Below the pieces are notes generated by a model. That model did not search any database. It was given only the letters and a program-made list of their open reading frames with translations, and was not told the origin of the DNA. The translations under genes and the position numbers were made by a program. A DNA stretch of 63,973 nt, filler included, from an uncultured bacterium (lineage in GTDB: Bacteria > Latescibacterota > UBA2968), in assembly GCA_964471275.1 (NCBI GenBank). It is 13 parts of 13 records of this genome, joined end to end, with 100 filler letters (N's around TTAATTAATTAA, not from the genome) between each part and the next. Parts side by side here need not be neighbours in the genome. Positions count along the whole stretch, not along the records: positions 40,449 to 45,287 come from CAYYGZ010000299.1; positions 45,388 to 50,222 come from CAYYGZ010000300.1; positions 50,323 to 55,157 come from CAYYGZ010000301.1; 10 more parts are not named here. The stretch is one strand, 5' to 3'. Shown piece by piece: positions 41,164 through 51,896 of this stretch (position 1 is the stretch's first letter; each line of letters begins with the position of its first letter).

Positions 41164-42288
41164 ATGACTGCACGTGAGCGTCGACTCGCATCCTTGCTGT
41201 TCAAGAATCCGGACAAGGTCTCCTTTGAGCCAGGAGGGGCAAGAGAATCGACATTAGCGATCTGGCGAGAGCAGGGACTGCCAGAAGGCGTCAACTACCA
41301 CACGTATCTCCGGGAACTGCTCGGGATTGAACCGGATATCGGGGGGCGGGCAAGTCTGGGCGTGTCGTTCAAGATGATCCCCCAGTTCGACGAACATATC
41401 ATCGAACACAAGGATGGCCACTACATCGTTCAGGACTGGATGGGTGCCATCACCGAGATCTCCGACACCTTTGACTACACCTATATCCGATCAGCCAGGG
41501 ATTTTGTAACTCGAAAGTGGCACAAGTTTCCCGTGGAGAATCGAGATGATTGGGAGCAGATGAAGTGGCGCTATGATGCCCGGGGAGAAGGAAGGCATCC
41601 GGCCGATCTGGACGAAGTCTGCGCCGGGCTGAAGGACCGGGATGGCTACCTGAACATTCACTTCAACGGACCGTTCTGGCAGCTTCGGGAATGGTTGGGG
41701 TTCGAGAATCTGTGTATGATGATGCTCGATGACCCTGCACTCGTGGATGAAATGATTCTGTTCTGGGCGAACTTCGTGTCGGAGACGCTGAAGCCGGTAC
41801 TGGAACGCGTCACCCCAGACCAGGTGGGTATGTCCGAGGATATGGCCTACAAGCACGCCAGTATGATTTCACCGGATATGGTGCGACGTTTCCTGATGCC
41901 GGCCTACGAGCGTTGGGTGCCGCAGATCCGGGAGAGCGGGTGCGAGGTCGTGTTCATGGATTCCGATGGGAAGATCGATGAACTGATTCCGATTTGGATC
42001 GAAGCGGGAATCAACTGCTGTGGCCCGGTGGAAGTGGCGTCCGAGAACGATATCGTTGCGTTCCGACAGGAGCACGGCGACCAGATGGCCTTCATCGGCG
42101 GGGTCGACAAGCGGGCGATGGCGAAAGGCGGGGCCGTGATGGAAGCCGAGGTGATGCGGGTCGTGCCGCCGCTGCTTGAAGATGGCGGATTCATCCCCTG
42201 CTGTGATCACGGCGTGCCTCCGGATATCTCGTGGCCGAATTTTGTCGCCTATTCGAAGCTGCTCGCGGAATTGACGGGGTGGGGGTAG
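41164..42288 (+). CDS. Uroporphyrinogen decarboxylase family protein
   Basis: MTARER, EDMAYK, SPDMVRRF, DSDG, GGVDKR, GGFIPCCDHGVPPD. Confidence 0.87.
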   Translation: MTARERRLASLLFKNPDKVSFEPGGARESTLAIWREQGLPEGVNYHTYLRELLGIEPDIGGRASLGVSFKMIPQFDEHIIEHKDGHYIVQDWMGAITEISDTFDYTYIRSARDFVTRKWHKFPVENRDDWEQMKWRYDARGEGRHPADLDEVCAGLKDRDGYLNIHFNGPFWQLREWLGFENLCMMMLDDPALVDEMILFWANFVSETLKPVLERVTPDQVGMSEDMAYKHASMISPDMVRRFLMPAYERWVPQIRESGCEVVFMDSDGKIDELIPIWIEAGINCCGPVEVASENDIVAFRQEHGDQMAFIGGVDKRAMAKGGAVMEAEVMRVVPPLLEDGGFIPCCDHGVPPDISWPNFVAYSKLLAELTGWG

Positions 42289-42349
42289 GGGCAGAGGCGC
42301 GTGGGGCACGGGCAAAGAAAAGCGTGATTGCTTTGGATTCCCCGACTGC

Positions 42350-42491
42350 CTATTGCCGACTATGCCAGCTACTATAACCAGGAGCGGCTGCACTCGCCGC
42401 TCGACTACCGAACACCAAACGAAGTGAATGAAGCACATCAATCAACTTTAATGGCAGCTTGAAAACGTCTCGCATTGGGGGGACCACTACG
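42350..42491 (+). mobile_element. Second IS3-type relic: transposase C-terminus and right end
   Basis: Translates as YYNQERLHSPLDYRTPNEV...AA*, followed by GTCTCGCATTGGGGGGACCACTAC. Confidence 0.7.
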
Positions 42492-42989
42492 GCAGGCAGT
42501 TGTGAAGATCGATTGACGTGATGGGGCTGAAGGTTGACCGCGTTGATATGTACGACATCAGAATGAGGCAATTTCGGAGCTGCCTGCTGTGTCGCGCACA
42601 TCGTTCAGCTCCTTTTGCGGACCGACGGCTAGAACTGATCGGTCGACCGCGTGCCTGTCCGGGATCCGGCAGAGAAGGCTCACTTGCCTGCAGCCAGTAG
42701 ATCAGTAGTCCACCTACTGGAATTCCGCCCCCACCAGCAGAAACGGCCGTAGCCCTCTTGTCGGTTCAGTGACGCACTGGGACACGGTTGTCGCGGGTTA
42801 TTCTCTTAAGAGGAATCCATCCAAGGGCGCCAGGAACACGCCTAACTCATTGAAATAGAACGCTTTTAGCCGGGAACCTGTCCTGTGTCCTGCATCGGAA
42901 CTAGTGGCACAGAGATTGTTCTATGGTTTGGGACTTTATCGGAGATCCTTGCCTATTGCTCCGGTAGACGGCTGTCAGACGAGGCGAAT

Positions 42990-44228
42990 GTGGTAGATCA
43001 CAGAAAACGCATACTCAGCACGATTGATGGTTTGGCGACGGACGGGATCCCCTGGGCACCCAGAATGGATCTCTGGTGCATTGCCCAGCGGGCTCGAGGA
43101 ACCCTTCCAGAGCGCTTCGAAGGGATGAATACCGCTGAGATCGCCAGGGCCCTCAATGTGGCCTGTCACTCGGTGCGCGCCGATTATACCCTGCCTCGCG
43201 AGCACGGTGACCTCGTTCTCCGAGGTCTAGGGATCGACAATCATCCAGACTACCCGTTCCGAGTGGAATTGAACACGTTGTCCGTCGAGTCGCGTTCCGA
43301 TGACGAGAATCTCTGGACGAGGATCGAAACGTCGGCAGGTCCGGTTGCGTTCCAGCTACACATGGATCGAGAGATGACCGCGAACGGGGTGTCACTCCCG
43401 TTTGTGCAGGACTACCCGATCCAGTCACCGGATGATTTCGAGCGTGTTGCCCAAGTGTTCGAGCATCTCGAGGTCATTCCGACGCCCGAGAAATATGCAA
43501 CCTTCCACGAGCGGATCGGAAGCGGCGGACTGGCAGTTGCCAGCGGACCGATTGCGGCGTCACCCATGCATCTGGTGCTTCACGAACTTGCGGCGATGGA
43601 CCGGTTCTTCTACCTGTTTGCGGATGATATCGATGGGCTCACCGAGTTTGCCAAGCGGCTCGAGCCCTTTTTCGATCAGGTTCTCGAGGCAGTACTGGCG
43701 TGCAAGGCAGAGGTTGTTCTGTGGGGGGCCAATTATGATCAGGATCTGACGTGGCCACCGTTCTTCGATCAGCACATCGCCCCGTGGCTGACACGGGTAT
43801 CTGATTGCCTCCACGCCGCGGACAAACGTCTGCTGACGCATTGTGACGGTGAAAATGAACGCCTTCTGGCGTCCTATCCGAGATGTGGGATCGATGTGGC
43901 AGAGTCTGTCTGTCCGGCACCGATGACCCGGTGTTCACTTCGCACGCTCCGTGACGGGTTCGGGAACGGGACGACGGTATGGGGCGGGATCCCTTCGGTG
44001 GCTTTGCTGTCGGATTCGATGGCGGATGATACGTTCGAAGCGTATCTCGAGGGTTTGTTTTCCGAGTTTGGCGGGGCAGAGCGACTGATTCTGGGTGTCT
44101 CGGACAATGTACCTCCCGATGCCGATCTGGATCGGCTGGTCAGAATAAGTGAACGAACAGCCGCGTTCGGCCCCGTCGGAGCCCCGAATGGCGCGACGGC
44201 AGTGAGGGCAATCAATGACTTCGCGTGA
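42990..44228 (+). CDS. Uroporphyrinogen decarboxylase family protein
   Basis: HCDGEN, WGGIP, LILGVSDNVPPDA; paralog of 23846-24982. Confidence 0.82.
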   Translation: MVDHRKRILSTIDGLATDGIPWAPRMDLWCIAQRARGTLPERFEGMNTAEIARALNVACHSVRADYTLPREHGDLVLRGLGIDNHPDYPFRVELNTLSVESRSDDENLWTRIETSAGPVAFQLHMDREMTANGVSLPFVQDYPIQSPDDFERVAQVFEHLEVIPTPEKYATFHERIGSGGLAVASGPIAASPMHLVLHELAAMDRFFYLFADDIDGLTEFAKRLEPFFDQVLEAVLACKAEVVLWGANYDQDLTWPPFFDQHIAPWLTRVSDCLHAADKRLLTHCDGENERLLASYPRCGIDVAESVCPAPMTRCSLRTLRDGFGNGTTVWGGIPSVALLSDSMADDTFEAYLEGLFSEFGGAERLILGVSDNVPPDADLDRLVRISERTAAFGPVGAPNGATAVRAINDFA

Positions 44229-45243
44229 ACGTTTGATGTGTGCACTCTCTGGTGGTACGCCAGATCGTGTCCCTTACTGTGAAGTCGGGGTAAGCGGACG
44301 TATCGTTTCTTCGTTGACAGGTGGCAACGAGTATGTCCTTTTTGGCGGTATCGACGAAATGGACAGTCGCGATCCCGACACTGAACTTGCGATTTCGCGG
44401 TTGCTGCATCGGGATATGATCTGCTACCGCCTCCAGCCACCTGTCCCCGCTGAACGCCGTTTCGGGTCGGATGGAATCCCATACTACCTGGACGGACCGA
44501 TCAAGTCCGTCGCGGATCTCGACAAGATCGAGTTACCGGATCCGGACGACGAGGAACTCTGGAAGGGCGCCAGTTCGTTCGTCAATGATGCCGGCGAGAA
44601 GGCAACGTGTCTGGCGACGCGGATCGGGATTTCTGCAGCGTATCTTGCTTGTGGGATGGAGACATTTTCCATCTCGTTGTATGAAGATCCGGGATTGATC
44701 GACGGCCTCCTCGATCTCTATTCGGACTGGGCCGCACGCGTGGTCGCCAGGGCGGACGAATTTGGTTTTGACTTTGTCTGGACCTCTGACGATATCGCAT
44801 TCAAGACAGGCCCGCTCGTTTCTCCCCAGATGTTCCGTGAGCGTATCATTCCGTTTGCGCGACGGGTTGCCGATGCCGTCAATATCCCCTGGGTTTACCA
44901 CAGCGATGGTGATCTGACAGAGTTGATGGACGATCTCCTGGATCTGGGCATTTCGGCGATCAATCCGATCGAGCCCGAAGCGATGGACATCGTAGAGACA
45001 AAACGAAAGTGGGGAAGCAACGTCTGTCTGATCGGGAACGTGAGCGTGCACACGCTTGCTGCGGGTAGCCCAGACGATGTGCGTCGGGAAGTGATGCACT
45101 TGCTGCAGTCCGTGGCACCCTCGGGTGGATATATTCTGAGTAGCGGCAACAGTCTGGCTTCTTACTGCAAACCTGAAAACGTGAGGGCAATGATCGATAC
45201 GCTCCGCGCCCACGGCAGCTATCCGATTGAGGTATCGTCGTGA
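44215..45243 (+). CDS. Uroporphyrinogen decarboxylase family protein
   Basis: MTSRER...PDRVP, SDDIAF, HSDG, GGYILSSGNS. Confidence 0.88.
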   Translation: MTSRERLMCALSGGTPDRVPYCEVGVSGRIVSSLTGGNEYVLFGGIDEMDSRDPDTELAISRLLHRDMICYRLQPPVPAERRFGSDGIPYYLDGPIKSVADLDKIELPDPDDEELWKGASSFVNDAGEKATCLATRIGISAAYLACGMETFSISLYEDPGLIDGLLDLYSDWAARVVARADEFGFDFVWTSDDIAFKTGPLVSPQMFRERIIPFARRVADAVNIPWVYHSDGDLTELMDDLLDLGISAINPIEPEAMDIVETKRKWGSNVCLIGNVSVHTLAAGSPDDVRREVMHLLQSVAPSGGYILSSGNSLASYCKPENVRAMIDTLRAHGSYPIEVSS

Positions 45244-45710
45244 CGATGGCAGCTCGGTGCGATCATTTTCGGATGACGTTCGACACGNNNNNNNNNNNNN
45301 NNNNNNNNNNNNNNNNNNNNNNNNNNNNNNNTTAATTAATTAANNNNNNNNNNNNNNNNNNNNNNNNNNNNNNNNNNNNNNNNNNNNTGTGGGCAGAATG
45401 TTGCTGAGGCAATCTCACAGCCGTTCACTATGATAATCAAGAGGGGGTATATTAGGGGGCATATATAACCTGAGGAAGTATGTCGGTTTCACGTCAGACA
45501 CGAACCGAAGGCTCTCAGAGCACAACCGAGGGAAGTGTCGACATACGACTAAACGCAAGCCCTAGAAGATGAGAGTCTGCATAGGGTTTGATGACGAGAC
45601 CATAGCGCGCAAGTTTGAACGCTATTCGAAATCTGGGTCCGGCCGTGCCTTCGCAAAGCGGCATTTCTAGACAGCTAAGCTGCATTCTGCACCGTATGCA
45701 GGCCTGAACG

Positions 45711-46583
45711 ATGAATGCTCGATTCCAGATCGATGAAAACAGGCTGTCGGTTCAATCGGTCGATAGCGTCCTGACAGATCTTGCGGCCTTTCACGCAGCA
45801 ACAGAGGGCCCGGCGATCACGCTCGATCTATCAGAACTCGGCTTTGTGGATCCATACGGGATGACGCTTCTCTGTCTGATTGCGAGAAGTCTCAGCCGGA
45901 AATTCTGGGATATGGATTGCCTGCTTCCGGCGAATCCGGATGTAGAAAGCTATCTGACGCGAATGGGTGTGTTCGCTCATCTGAAAGAGAGGGTGAGTCT
46001 GCCGCGGAATCCGACGACAGGCAACCCTCCTGTCGAGAACGAGTCCCTGATCGAGGTCTGTGAGATTTCGACCCGGCCAGACGTCGAAGCTGCGCTCGGG
46101 CTTGTGGAATCCCGCGTGGAATCGATTCTCGAGGGTGAACTCGGCTATTCGGTCAAAGAGATTACGTGGTTCAAGAATGTGATTGCCGAATTGTGCCATA
46201 ACATTATCGATCACAGCGGCGAACGGGGATACCTGGCGGCACAGCGGTATACGAATCATCGGGAGGGTCGGAAGTTCGCGATGATCTCAGTGTGCGACCT
46301 GGGGATCGGGATTCGCGACAGCCTGTCCGCGCGGTACGATGTTACCGGATGGTCGCACGCCAAGGCGATCACGAACGCGGTGAAGAAGACGGTCTCACGG
46401 GACGCGGCCAGGGGGTTGGGATTGTATGTGGTGCGGACAATCTGCGACGACTGTGATGGCAGTCTGCACATCCGGTCGGGTGACCGTCGCGTCTACTTCA
46501 GAGGAGATCGAGCCAGGATATACGATTCCGGTGATTTCCCAGGCTCACAGGTCAGTATCACACTCTATGAACGGGCCCGGTAG
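45711..46583 (+). CDS. STAS-like plus GHKL ATPase domain protein
   Basis: LDLSELGFVDP (STAS-like), ELCHNIIDHS (N box), DLGIGI (G1), RGLGL (G2). Confidence 0.75.
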   Translation: MNARFQIDENRLSVQSVDSVLTDLAAFHAATEGPAITLDLSELGFVDPYGMTLLCLIARSLSRKFWDMDCLLPANPDVESYLTRMGVFAHLKERVSLPRNPTTGNPPVENESLIEVCEISTRPDVEAALGLVESRVESILEGELGYSVKEITWFKNVIAELCHNIIDHSGERGYLAAQRYTNHREGRKFAMISVCDLGIGIRDSLSARYDVTGWSHAKAITNAVKKTVSRDAARGLGLYVVRTICDDCDGSLHIRSGDRRVYFRGDRARIYDSGDFPGSQVSITLYERAR

Positions 46584-46678
46584 GAACAGCTTCTGGAGCA
46601 GGAAATCGGCCAAAGGCCTCGCCGCGTTGACACACGATTTCGGCACCCGTAACTTACGTCGCCCTGTAACCAACAACC

Positions 46679-47764
46679 TTGTTTGCTCTGCACAATCCGA
46701 AATCCGATACGCGAAATCACACCTTGATTCCACTTAGCCAGGCATTACAAGATTACTCCGTTCCGTGGACTCAGCTTGACTGGCCGCTGGATCGTAGAGC
46801 CCTTTTTGGGTTCGATGGCCTCCTCGATGTAGAGATTGGCTTCGGAAACGGAGCCTTTCTGGCCGACCTTGCAGAAGCTTCATCCGATCGTCAGTTCGTG
46901 GGGATTGAACGATCGCTCGGATCTCTGCAGCGGCTCTTTGCCCGTCTTCACGGGAACGGCACCGTAAATGTCCGCGTGATCCAGGCCGATGCGTCGTTCG
47001 CGTTCGATCACCTGTTTGGGCCCGAAGATGTCTCTCGACTGTTCGTGAACTTTCCGGATCCCTGGCCCAAGGAGCGCCATCACAACCGGCGGCTCATCCA
47101 GCCGGCGTTCGTCGATCTCGTCAGTCGCCGGCTCAGTGGTGACGGCGAACTGTTGATCGGCACTGACCACGCCGACTATGCGGAGTGGATCACAGAAGTA
47201 CTCGAAGGGCAGTCTGCGCTGTCGTCGAAGCACGAGACGACGTGGGTCCCCGACATACCGGGCCGAAAACCAACCAAGTACGAACAGAAAGCCCGAGCGA
47301 TCGGATCGCAGATACACTTTTACGAGTGGATCAAGAATCCCGGTGAACCTGAAGCCGCTAAACCAGAGAAGATAGAAGACATGCCGAATGTTCTGTTGGA
47401 AGGTTCATACGACACAGACCAGCTGGCAAAGGGTCTGGATGCTCAAACGTGGAAGCTGGAGGATCAGGGCGTTGTCGTAGTGGTCAAGATGGGACACGTC
47501 TACCGGGAACAACCTTCGGGCAATCTGCTTGTCGAAATAATGGTTCGTGAAGGTGCGTTCTCCCAGCACTTCGGTGTCACAGTGGTTCAGCGCCCACCGG
47601 AAAAGCTTCTCGTAAAACTCTCGCCCATCGGATATCCCCGGCCGACCTGGGGGGTGAAACAGGCGGTTCGGTTGGTGTCGGAGCTGCTTGCGCAGGATTC
47701 GGGGTTGAGTGTTGCGTCCTCACCGATTGCGCAGGCAACGGGGGTGGGGACGACCCGTGCTTAG
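46679..47764 (+). CDS. trmB: tRNA (guanine-N7)-methyltransferase with C-terminal extension
   Basis: VEIGFGNG, NFPDPWPKERH, GTDHADY, TKYEQK. Start uncertain. Confidence 0.9.
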   Translation: MFALHNPKSDTRNHTLIPLSQALQDYSVPWTQLDWPLDRRALFGFDGLLDVEIGFGNGAFLADLAEASSDRQFVGIERSLGSLQRLFARLHGNGTVNVRVIQADASFAFDHLFGPEDVSRLFVNFPDPWPKERHHNRRLIQPAFVDLVSRRLSGDGELLIGTDHADYAEWITEVLEGQSALSSKHETTWVPDIPGRKPTKYEQKARAIGSQIHFYEWIKNPGEPEAAKPEKIEDMPNVLLEGSYDTDQLAKGLDAQTWKLEDQGVVVVVKMGHVYREQPSGNLLVEIMVREGAFSQHFGVTVVQRPPEKLLVKLSPIGYPRPTWGVKQAVRLVSELLAQDSGLSVASSPIAQATGVGTTRA

Positions 47765-47793
47765 AGGGTGTTTATCAAGTTTGGTGCTTTGAA

Positions 47794-49464
47794 TTATAGC
47801 AGACAGGTCTGAGCGCTCAGTTCGTCCACGAGGACTTTCTGGTTATCTGAGTAATCAACAGGTAGGTCGATCAGATGTAAGCCTCCCTGGTCGAAACAGG
47901 CATTGAGGAGCGGGAGGAAGGATTCTGCAGATTCTGCCTTGTGTCCCGTGGCACCGTAGCTGCTCGCATACTGGACGAAGTCGGGGTTCCCATACTCCAA
48001 TCCGAAGTCCGGCAGCCCCATGCCATACTGCTTCCAGCGGATCATCCCGTAGGCGTTGTCTCTCAGGACAACGACGACCAGGTTCAGCTCGAGCCTCACA
48101 GCAGTCTCCATCTCCTGACTGTTCATCATAAATCCACCATCGCCACAGACTGCGACGACGCGTTTGTGCGGGTAGAGTCGCGCGGCTTCTATAGCCGAAG
48201 GCAGCCCCGCGCCCATCGAAGCCAACGCATTGTCCAACAGCACCGTATTCGGCCGAGTGGTCGGGTAGTTGCGTGCGAACCAGATTTTATAGACCCCGTT
48301 GTCCAGGGCGACGATCCCGTCCTCGGGCAGTGCTTTGCGTATATCCCAGAGCAGACGCTGTGGCTTGACAGGGAAACTGCTGTCACTCTCTCCCAGACGG
48401 ATGTGATTCTGGATATGTTCCCGAATCTGCATAAAGTAGGCAAAGTCGTGGGTATCGCATTTTCCCGCAGCATCCGCGATCCGGTAGAGCGAGGAACCCA
48501 CATCGCCGACAACCTCGATTTGCGGGAAATAGACGTTGTCCACCTCCGCCGGGGAGAAATTAACGTGGATCACGCGCGCCGCATCGTCACCGTGTTCCAT
48601 GAAGAATGGCGGTTTCTCGACGACATCGTGACCGACATTTACGATCACATCCCCTCGGCGGATGGCGCAGTGTATGTAGTCGTTGTCAGACAGGGCGGCG
48701 GTGCCGAGGAAGAGGTGATGTCGTCCGCCCACCACGCCCTTTCCCATCTGCGTGTTAAAGAAGGGCATCTGTGTAGTGTCGAGGAAGTGAGCTGCCGCCT
48801 TCCAGATATGTCTGCGGTTTGCTCCCGCTCCGAGCAGAAGCAGCGGGTGTCTCGCCGATCGGATCATCGAGGCCGCAGCTTCGATCGATGTCGTACTTGC
48901 ATCACCCAGGACGCGCGCACTCTTGTTGAAGGTCGGCGGTGTTGTCTTCTTGAGGAGCTCCGCTGAGATGTCTTCGGGAAGCTCGAGGTGAACGGCCCCG
49001 GGACGCTCCTCTTCTGCCTGCCGGAACGCTTCCCTTACGAGCGATGGTATCATGTCGACATCGACGATTTGTCGTGTGAATTTTGTGAGGGGTTCCATCA
49101 TCCGGACAATGTTGACAATCTGGAATTGTCCCTGCTTGCTGGTCAGGATGGGTTTCTGTCCTGTAATCATCAGCATGGGCATCGCCCCAAGCTGAGCGTA
49201 TGCCGCCCCGGTGACAAGATTGGTTGCCCCCGGGCCAAGGGTCGCAAGACAGACTCCTGTCTTTCCTGTTAATCGTCCGTAGGTTGCCGCCATGAAAGCT
49301 GCGCCCTGTTCGTGGCGAGTCAGGATGAGCTTGATGTTGGAGTTGCGGAGTGCCTCGAGGAAATGGAGGTTCTCCTCGCCAGGCACTCCGTAGATGACCT
49401 CCACTCCTTCACTCTCCAGCGCGCTGACCAGAAGATCGGACGCATTCTCCATCTTTTGTTTCAT
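47794..49464 (-). CDS. Acetolactate synthase large subunit (TPP enzyme)
   Basis: YGVPGEEN, RHEQGAAFMA, TLGPGATN, GDGGFMMN. Confidence 0.92.
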   Translation of the reverse strand: MKQKMENASDLLVSALESEGVEVIYGVPGEENLHFLEALRNSNIKLILTRHEQGAAFMAATYGRLTGKTGVCLATLGPGATNLVTGAAYAQLGAMPMLMITGQKPILTSKQGQFQIVNIVRMMEPLTKFTRQIVDVDMIPSLVREAFRQAEEERPGAVHLELPEDISAELLKKTTPPTFNKSARVLGDASTTSIEAAASMIRSARHPLLLLGAGANRRHIWKAAAHFLDTTQMPFFNTQMGKGVVGGRHHLFLGTAALSDNDYIHCAIRRGDVIVNVGHDVVEKPPFFMEHGDDAARVIHVNFSPAEVDNVYFPQIEVVGDVGSSLYRIADAAGKCDTHDFAYFMQIREHIQNHIRLGESDSSFPVKPQRLLWDIRKALPEDGIVALDNGVYKIWFARNYPTTRPNTVLLDNALASMGAGLPSAIEAARLYPHKRVVAVCGDGGFMMNSQEMETAVRLELNLVVVVLRDNAYGMIRWKQYGMGLPDFGLEYGNPDFVQYASSYGATGHKAESAESFLPLLNACFDQGGLHLIDLPVDYSDNQKVLVDELSAQTCLL

Positions 49465-49666
49465 CAATTCGACCTTACTCTGAAGTGGCAGCTTCCGGTT
49501 TTCCGAATCGGCGATTGCGATCGTACAGCATTCCACCGTAAGATAGTATAGATCCGCGGATTCGCTCGTGAGCACAAGAAAGAATAATATGGTTATCTTC
49601 TTTTCTCTCCGGACGACCCGCCCGGCCCCTTGGTAAACACGTAAAATCAGAATGTGACGCAGAGAT

Positions 49667-50222
49667 ATGGGATCCATTTTCGAGCTCAAGGGCGTTTCCA
49701 AGTCATTTGGCGATACACAGGCTCTGCAGACACTCGATCTGTCCATTCAGGAGGGGAAGACGACCGTCCTGATCGGGCAGAGCGGCTGTGGGAAGTCAAC
49801 CTTGATCCGGTTGTTGGTCGGACTGCTGCTGCCGGATTCGGGAGAGATTACGTTCGAGGGTGAATGTCTGACGCTTGAGAGTGCTGCCCTCCTGAGGCAC
49901 AAGATGGGGTATGTGATTCAGGAAGGCGGTTTGTTCCCACATCTCACTGCACGCGAGAATGTCTGCCTGATGGCAGACTACCAGGGAGAAGCAGCCGACA
50001 AGACACGGGCCCGGCTGGAAGAACTACGCAATCTGACACATTTCCCTGCAGATGGTCTGGATCGATATCCGGCGGAATTGTCGGGTGGACAGAGACAGCG
50101 GGTCAGCCTGATGCGGGCTGTGATGCTCGATCCGGATGTGTTGCTTCTCGACGAACCTCTGGGTGCGCTCGATCCGATGATTCGGGCCGACCTTCAGAAG
50201 GAGCTTCGTGATATCTTCGACT
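49667..50222 (+). CDS. ABC transporter ATP-binding subunit (osmoprotectant type), 3' truncated
   Basis: GQSGCGKST, GYVIQEGGLFPH, LSGGQRQR, LLDEP. Confidence 0.88.
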
Positions 50223-50322
50223 NNNNNNNNNNNNNNNNNNNNNNNNNNNNNNNNNNNNNNNNNNNNTTAATTAATTAANNNNNNNNNNNNNNNNNNNNNN
50301 NNNNNNNNNNNNNNNNNNNNNN

Positions 50323-51249
50323 GAATAGTGCCCTTATATAGCCGATCGCATACCCGATTGCTGTTACGCCGTTCTCGTCGCCTTCCAGCCTTGGATGGTG
50401 ATCCGGATTCACGCACCCGGTGAAGCCCACATTCCTGAGCTCACGCAGAATCTTGAACATGTTCATGTCCCCATCATCGAGGAGGGTTTCCTCGAATCCG
50501 CCGGCCGTGGCGAGGCTGCCGCGCACATTCCGGAGGTGGACCATGAAGATCTTGCCCTTCCGACCGTAACTATTAATCTCGTCCAGAACGATCGAAGAAC
50601 CTCCCGATTCGCCGCGTGTCCCGCAGCAGTAAAGGTAGCCAACGTTCCGGCTGGGGTAGGCATCGATGATGCGGTGGAAGCCGATGCCGCCGAATGTGGT
50701 GTCCTGGTTGGGTGTGTCGGACGGATGGACGCAGAGTTTTGTTTCCGTTTCGTCTGCGATCGGGACAAGGCCGTCAAAGATGACCTTGAAGCGGTTCCAC
50801 CACGCGTCCAGCTCCTCGAGGCTCGGATACTCCGGGGCCGGGCGTGTGAGTGACTCGGAACGCGATTCATAGCCGCCCCGATGTTTGGTTCGAGAGCGTG
50901 TCATCATCTGTGGGAATGTGTCTCCCATGAAACGCTGACGTGCGACCGGGCAGCCAGCCTCCGCGAATACCTTCAGGGCGTTGCACGTGTTTTCCAGATC
51001 CTGCTCGTTGCCTGTGCCGTCCATAAAGTCCTGGCTGATGTCCGGCAGTGTAACCCGGTTGATATCGAGGCCGTGAGACTGAATCTTTTTGCGCGCTTTG
51101 AGAACGGCATCGAGATCCGGGTAACCTTGCTCTGCCACACCCTTGAACCACGCACCAGATCCGAAGTCAATATACTCGGCCCCAAGCTGCGTGACCTGCG
51201 TCAGATAGCGGTCAGAGAGTTCTGCGTCGTTCCAGACGGATACGTGCAC
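50323..51249 (-). CDS. Mannonate dehydratase (UxuA) family protein
   Basis: LCVHPSD, CCGT, VHLRNVRG, FEETLLDDGDMNM, PDHHP, AIGYIRAL. Confidence 0.8.
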
Positions 51250-51412
51250 AGGGAGACTCCAGAGATCCCGCCGTCACACATTGTGCTAAGGCGGGGCAAG
51301 AAGGTTATACGAAGTAAATAGCGGAAAGGTCGGACGATGGACAGGGCTTTCTGCAGCCCGCTATGCGTTTTGCCCGACGGCGGGAACGTGGATCTACAGG
51401 TCGCTTGGGACT

Positions 51413-51800
51413 TCACCTGTCGTCGCCGTTGTCGTCGGCCAGGAGTTCAGGGACTTCTTCCTCCTCGAGTTGCTGATCGATTTCCTCGAGGACGCCGATA
51501 TTGAAGTTCGTGAGCGGATCTTCCTCGTGCTCCTCTCCGGTGAGGACTTCTCCGACAAGTCGTGTGAGCGTGTCCGCGCTGAAGGGTTTGATGATTGCGC
51601 GTGCGGCACCCAATCGCTTGGCTTCCAGGAGCTCGTCGAGAGCGTGAGCAGACATTGCGGTAACGCGAAGACCGGAATAGAGTTCACGCATCTGAGCCAG
51701 CGACTCGACGCCTCTTTGGCCTGGCATCATGATATCCGTGATGACGAGGTCGACTGCCGTGGATTCGAGCACCTCGATTCCCTCTTCTTCCGCAACAATC
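51413..51800 (-). pseudogene. Response regulator receiver domain, N-terminus disrupted
   Basis: DLVITDIMMP and IIKPF are present; an in-frame TAG lies a few codons upstream, so the first beta strand is missing. Confidence 0.6.
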
Positions 51801-51896
51801 TAGGGTCCAGATCGGACTGGGCAACCAATAAGATTGAGGGTCTCCGCGCTTGTTTTGGATTGGCCAATGCTGTTTCGTGAATGTCATTGAGAATGA

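Noticed and set aside
47941..48966. Long antisense ORFs (also 26063-27046, 35715-36794, 24404-25240)
   Set aside because: These are shadows of well-supported genes on the opposite strand in GC-rich DNA.
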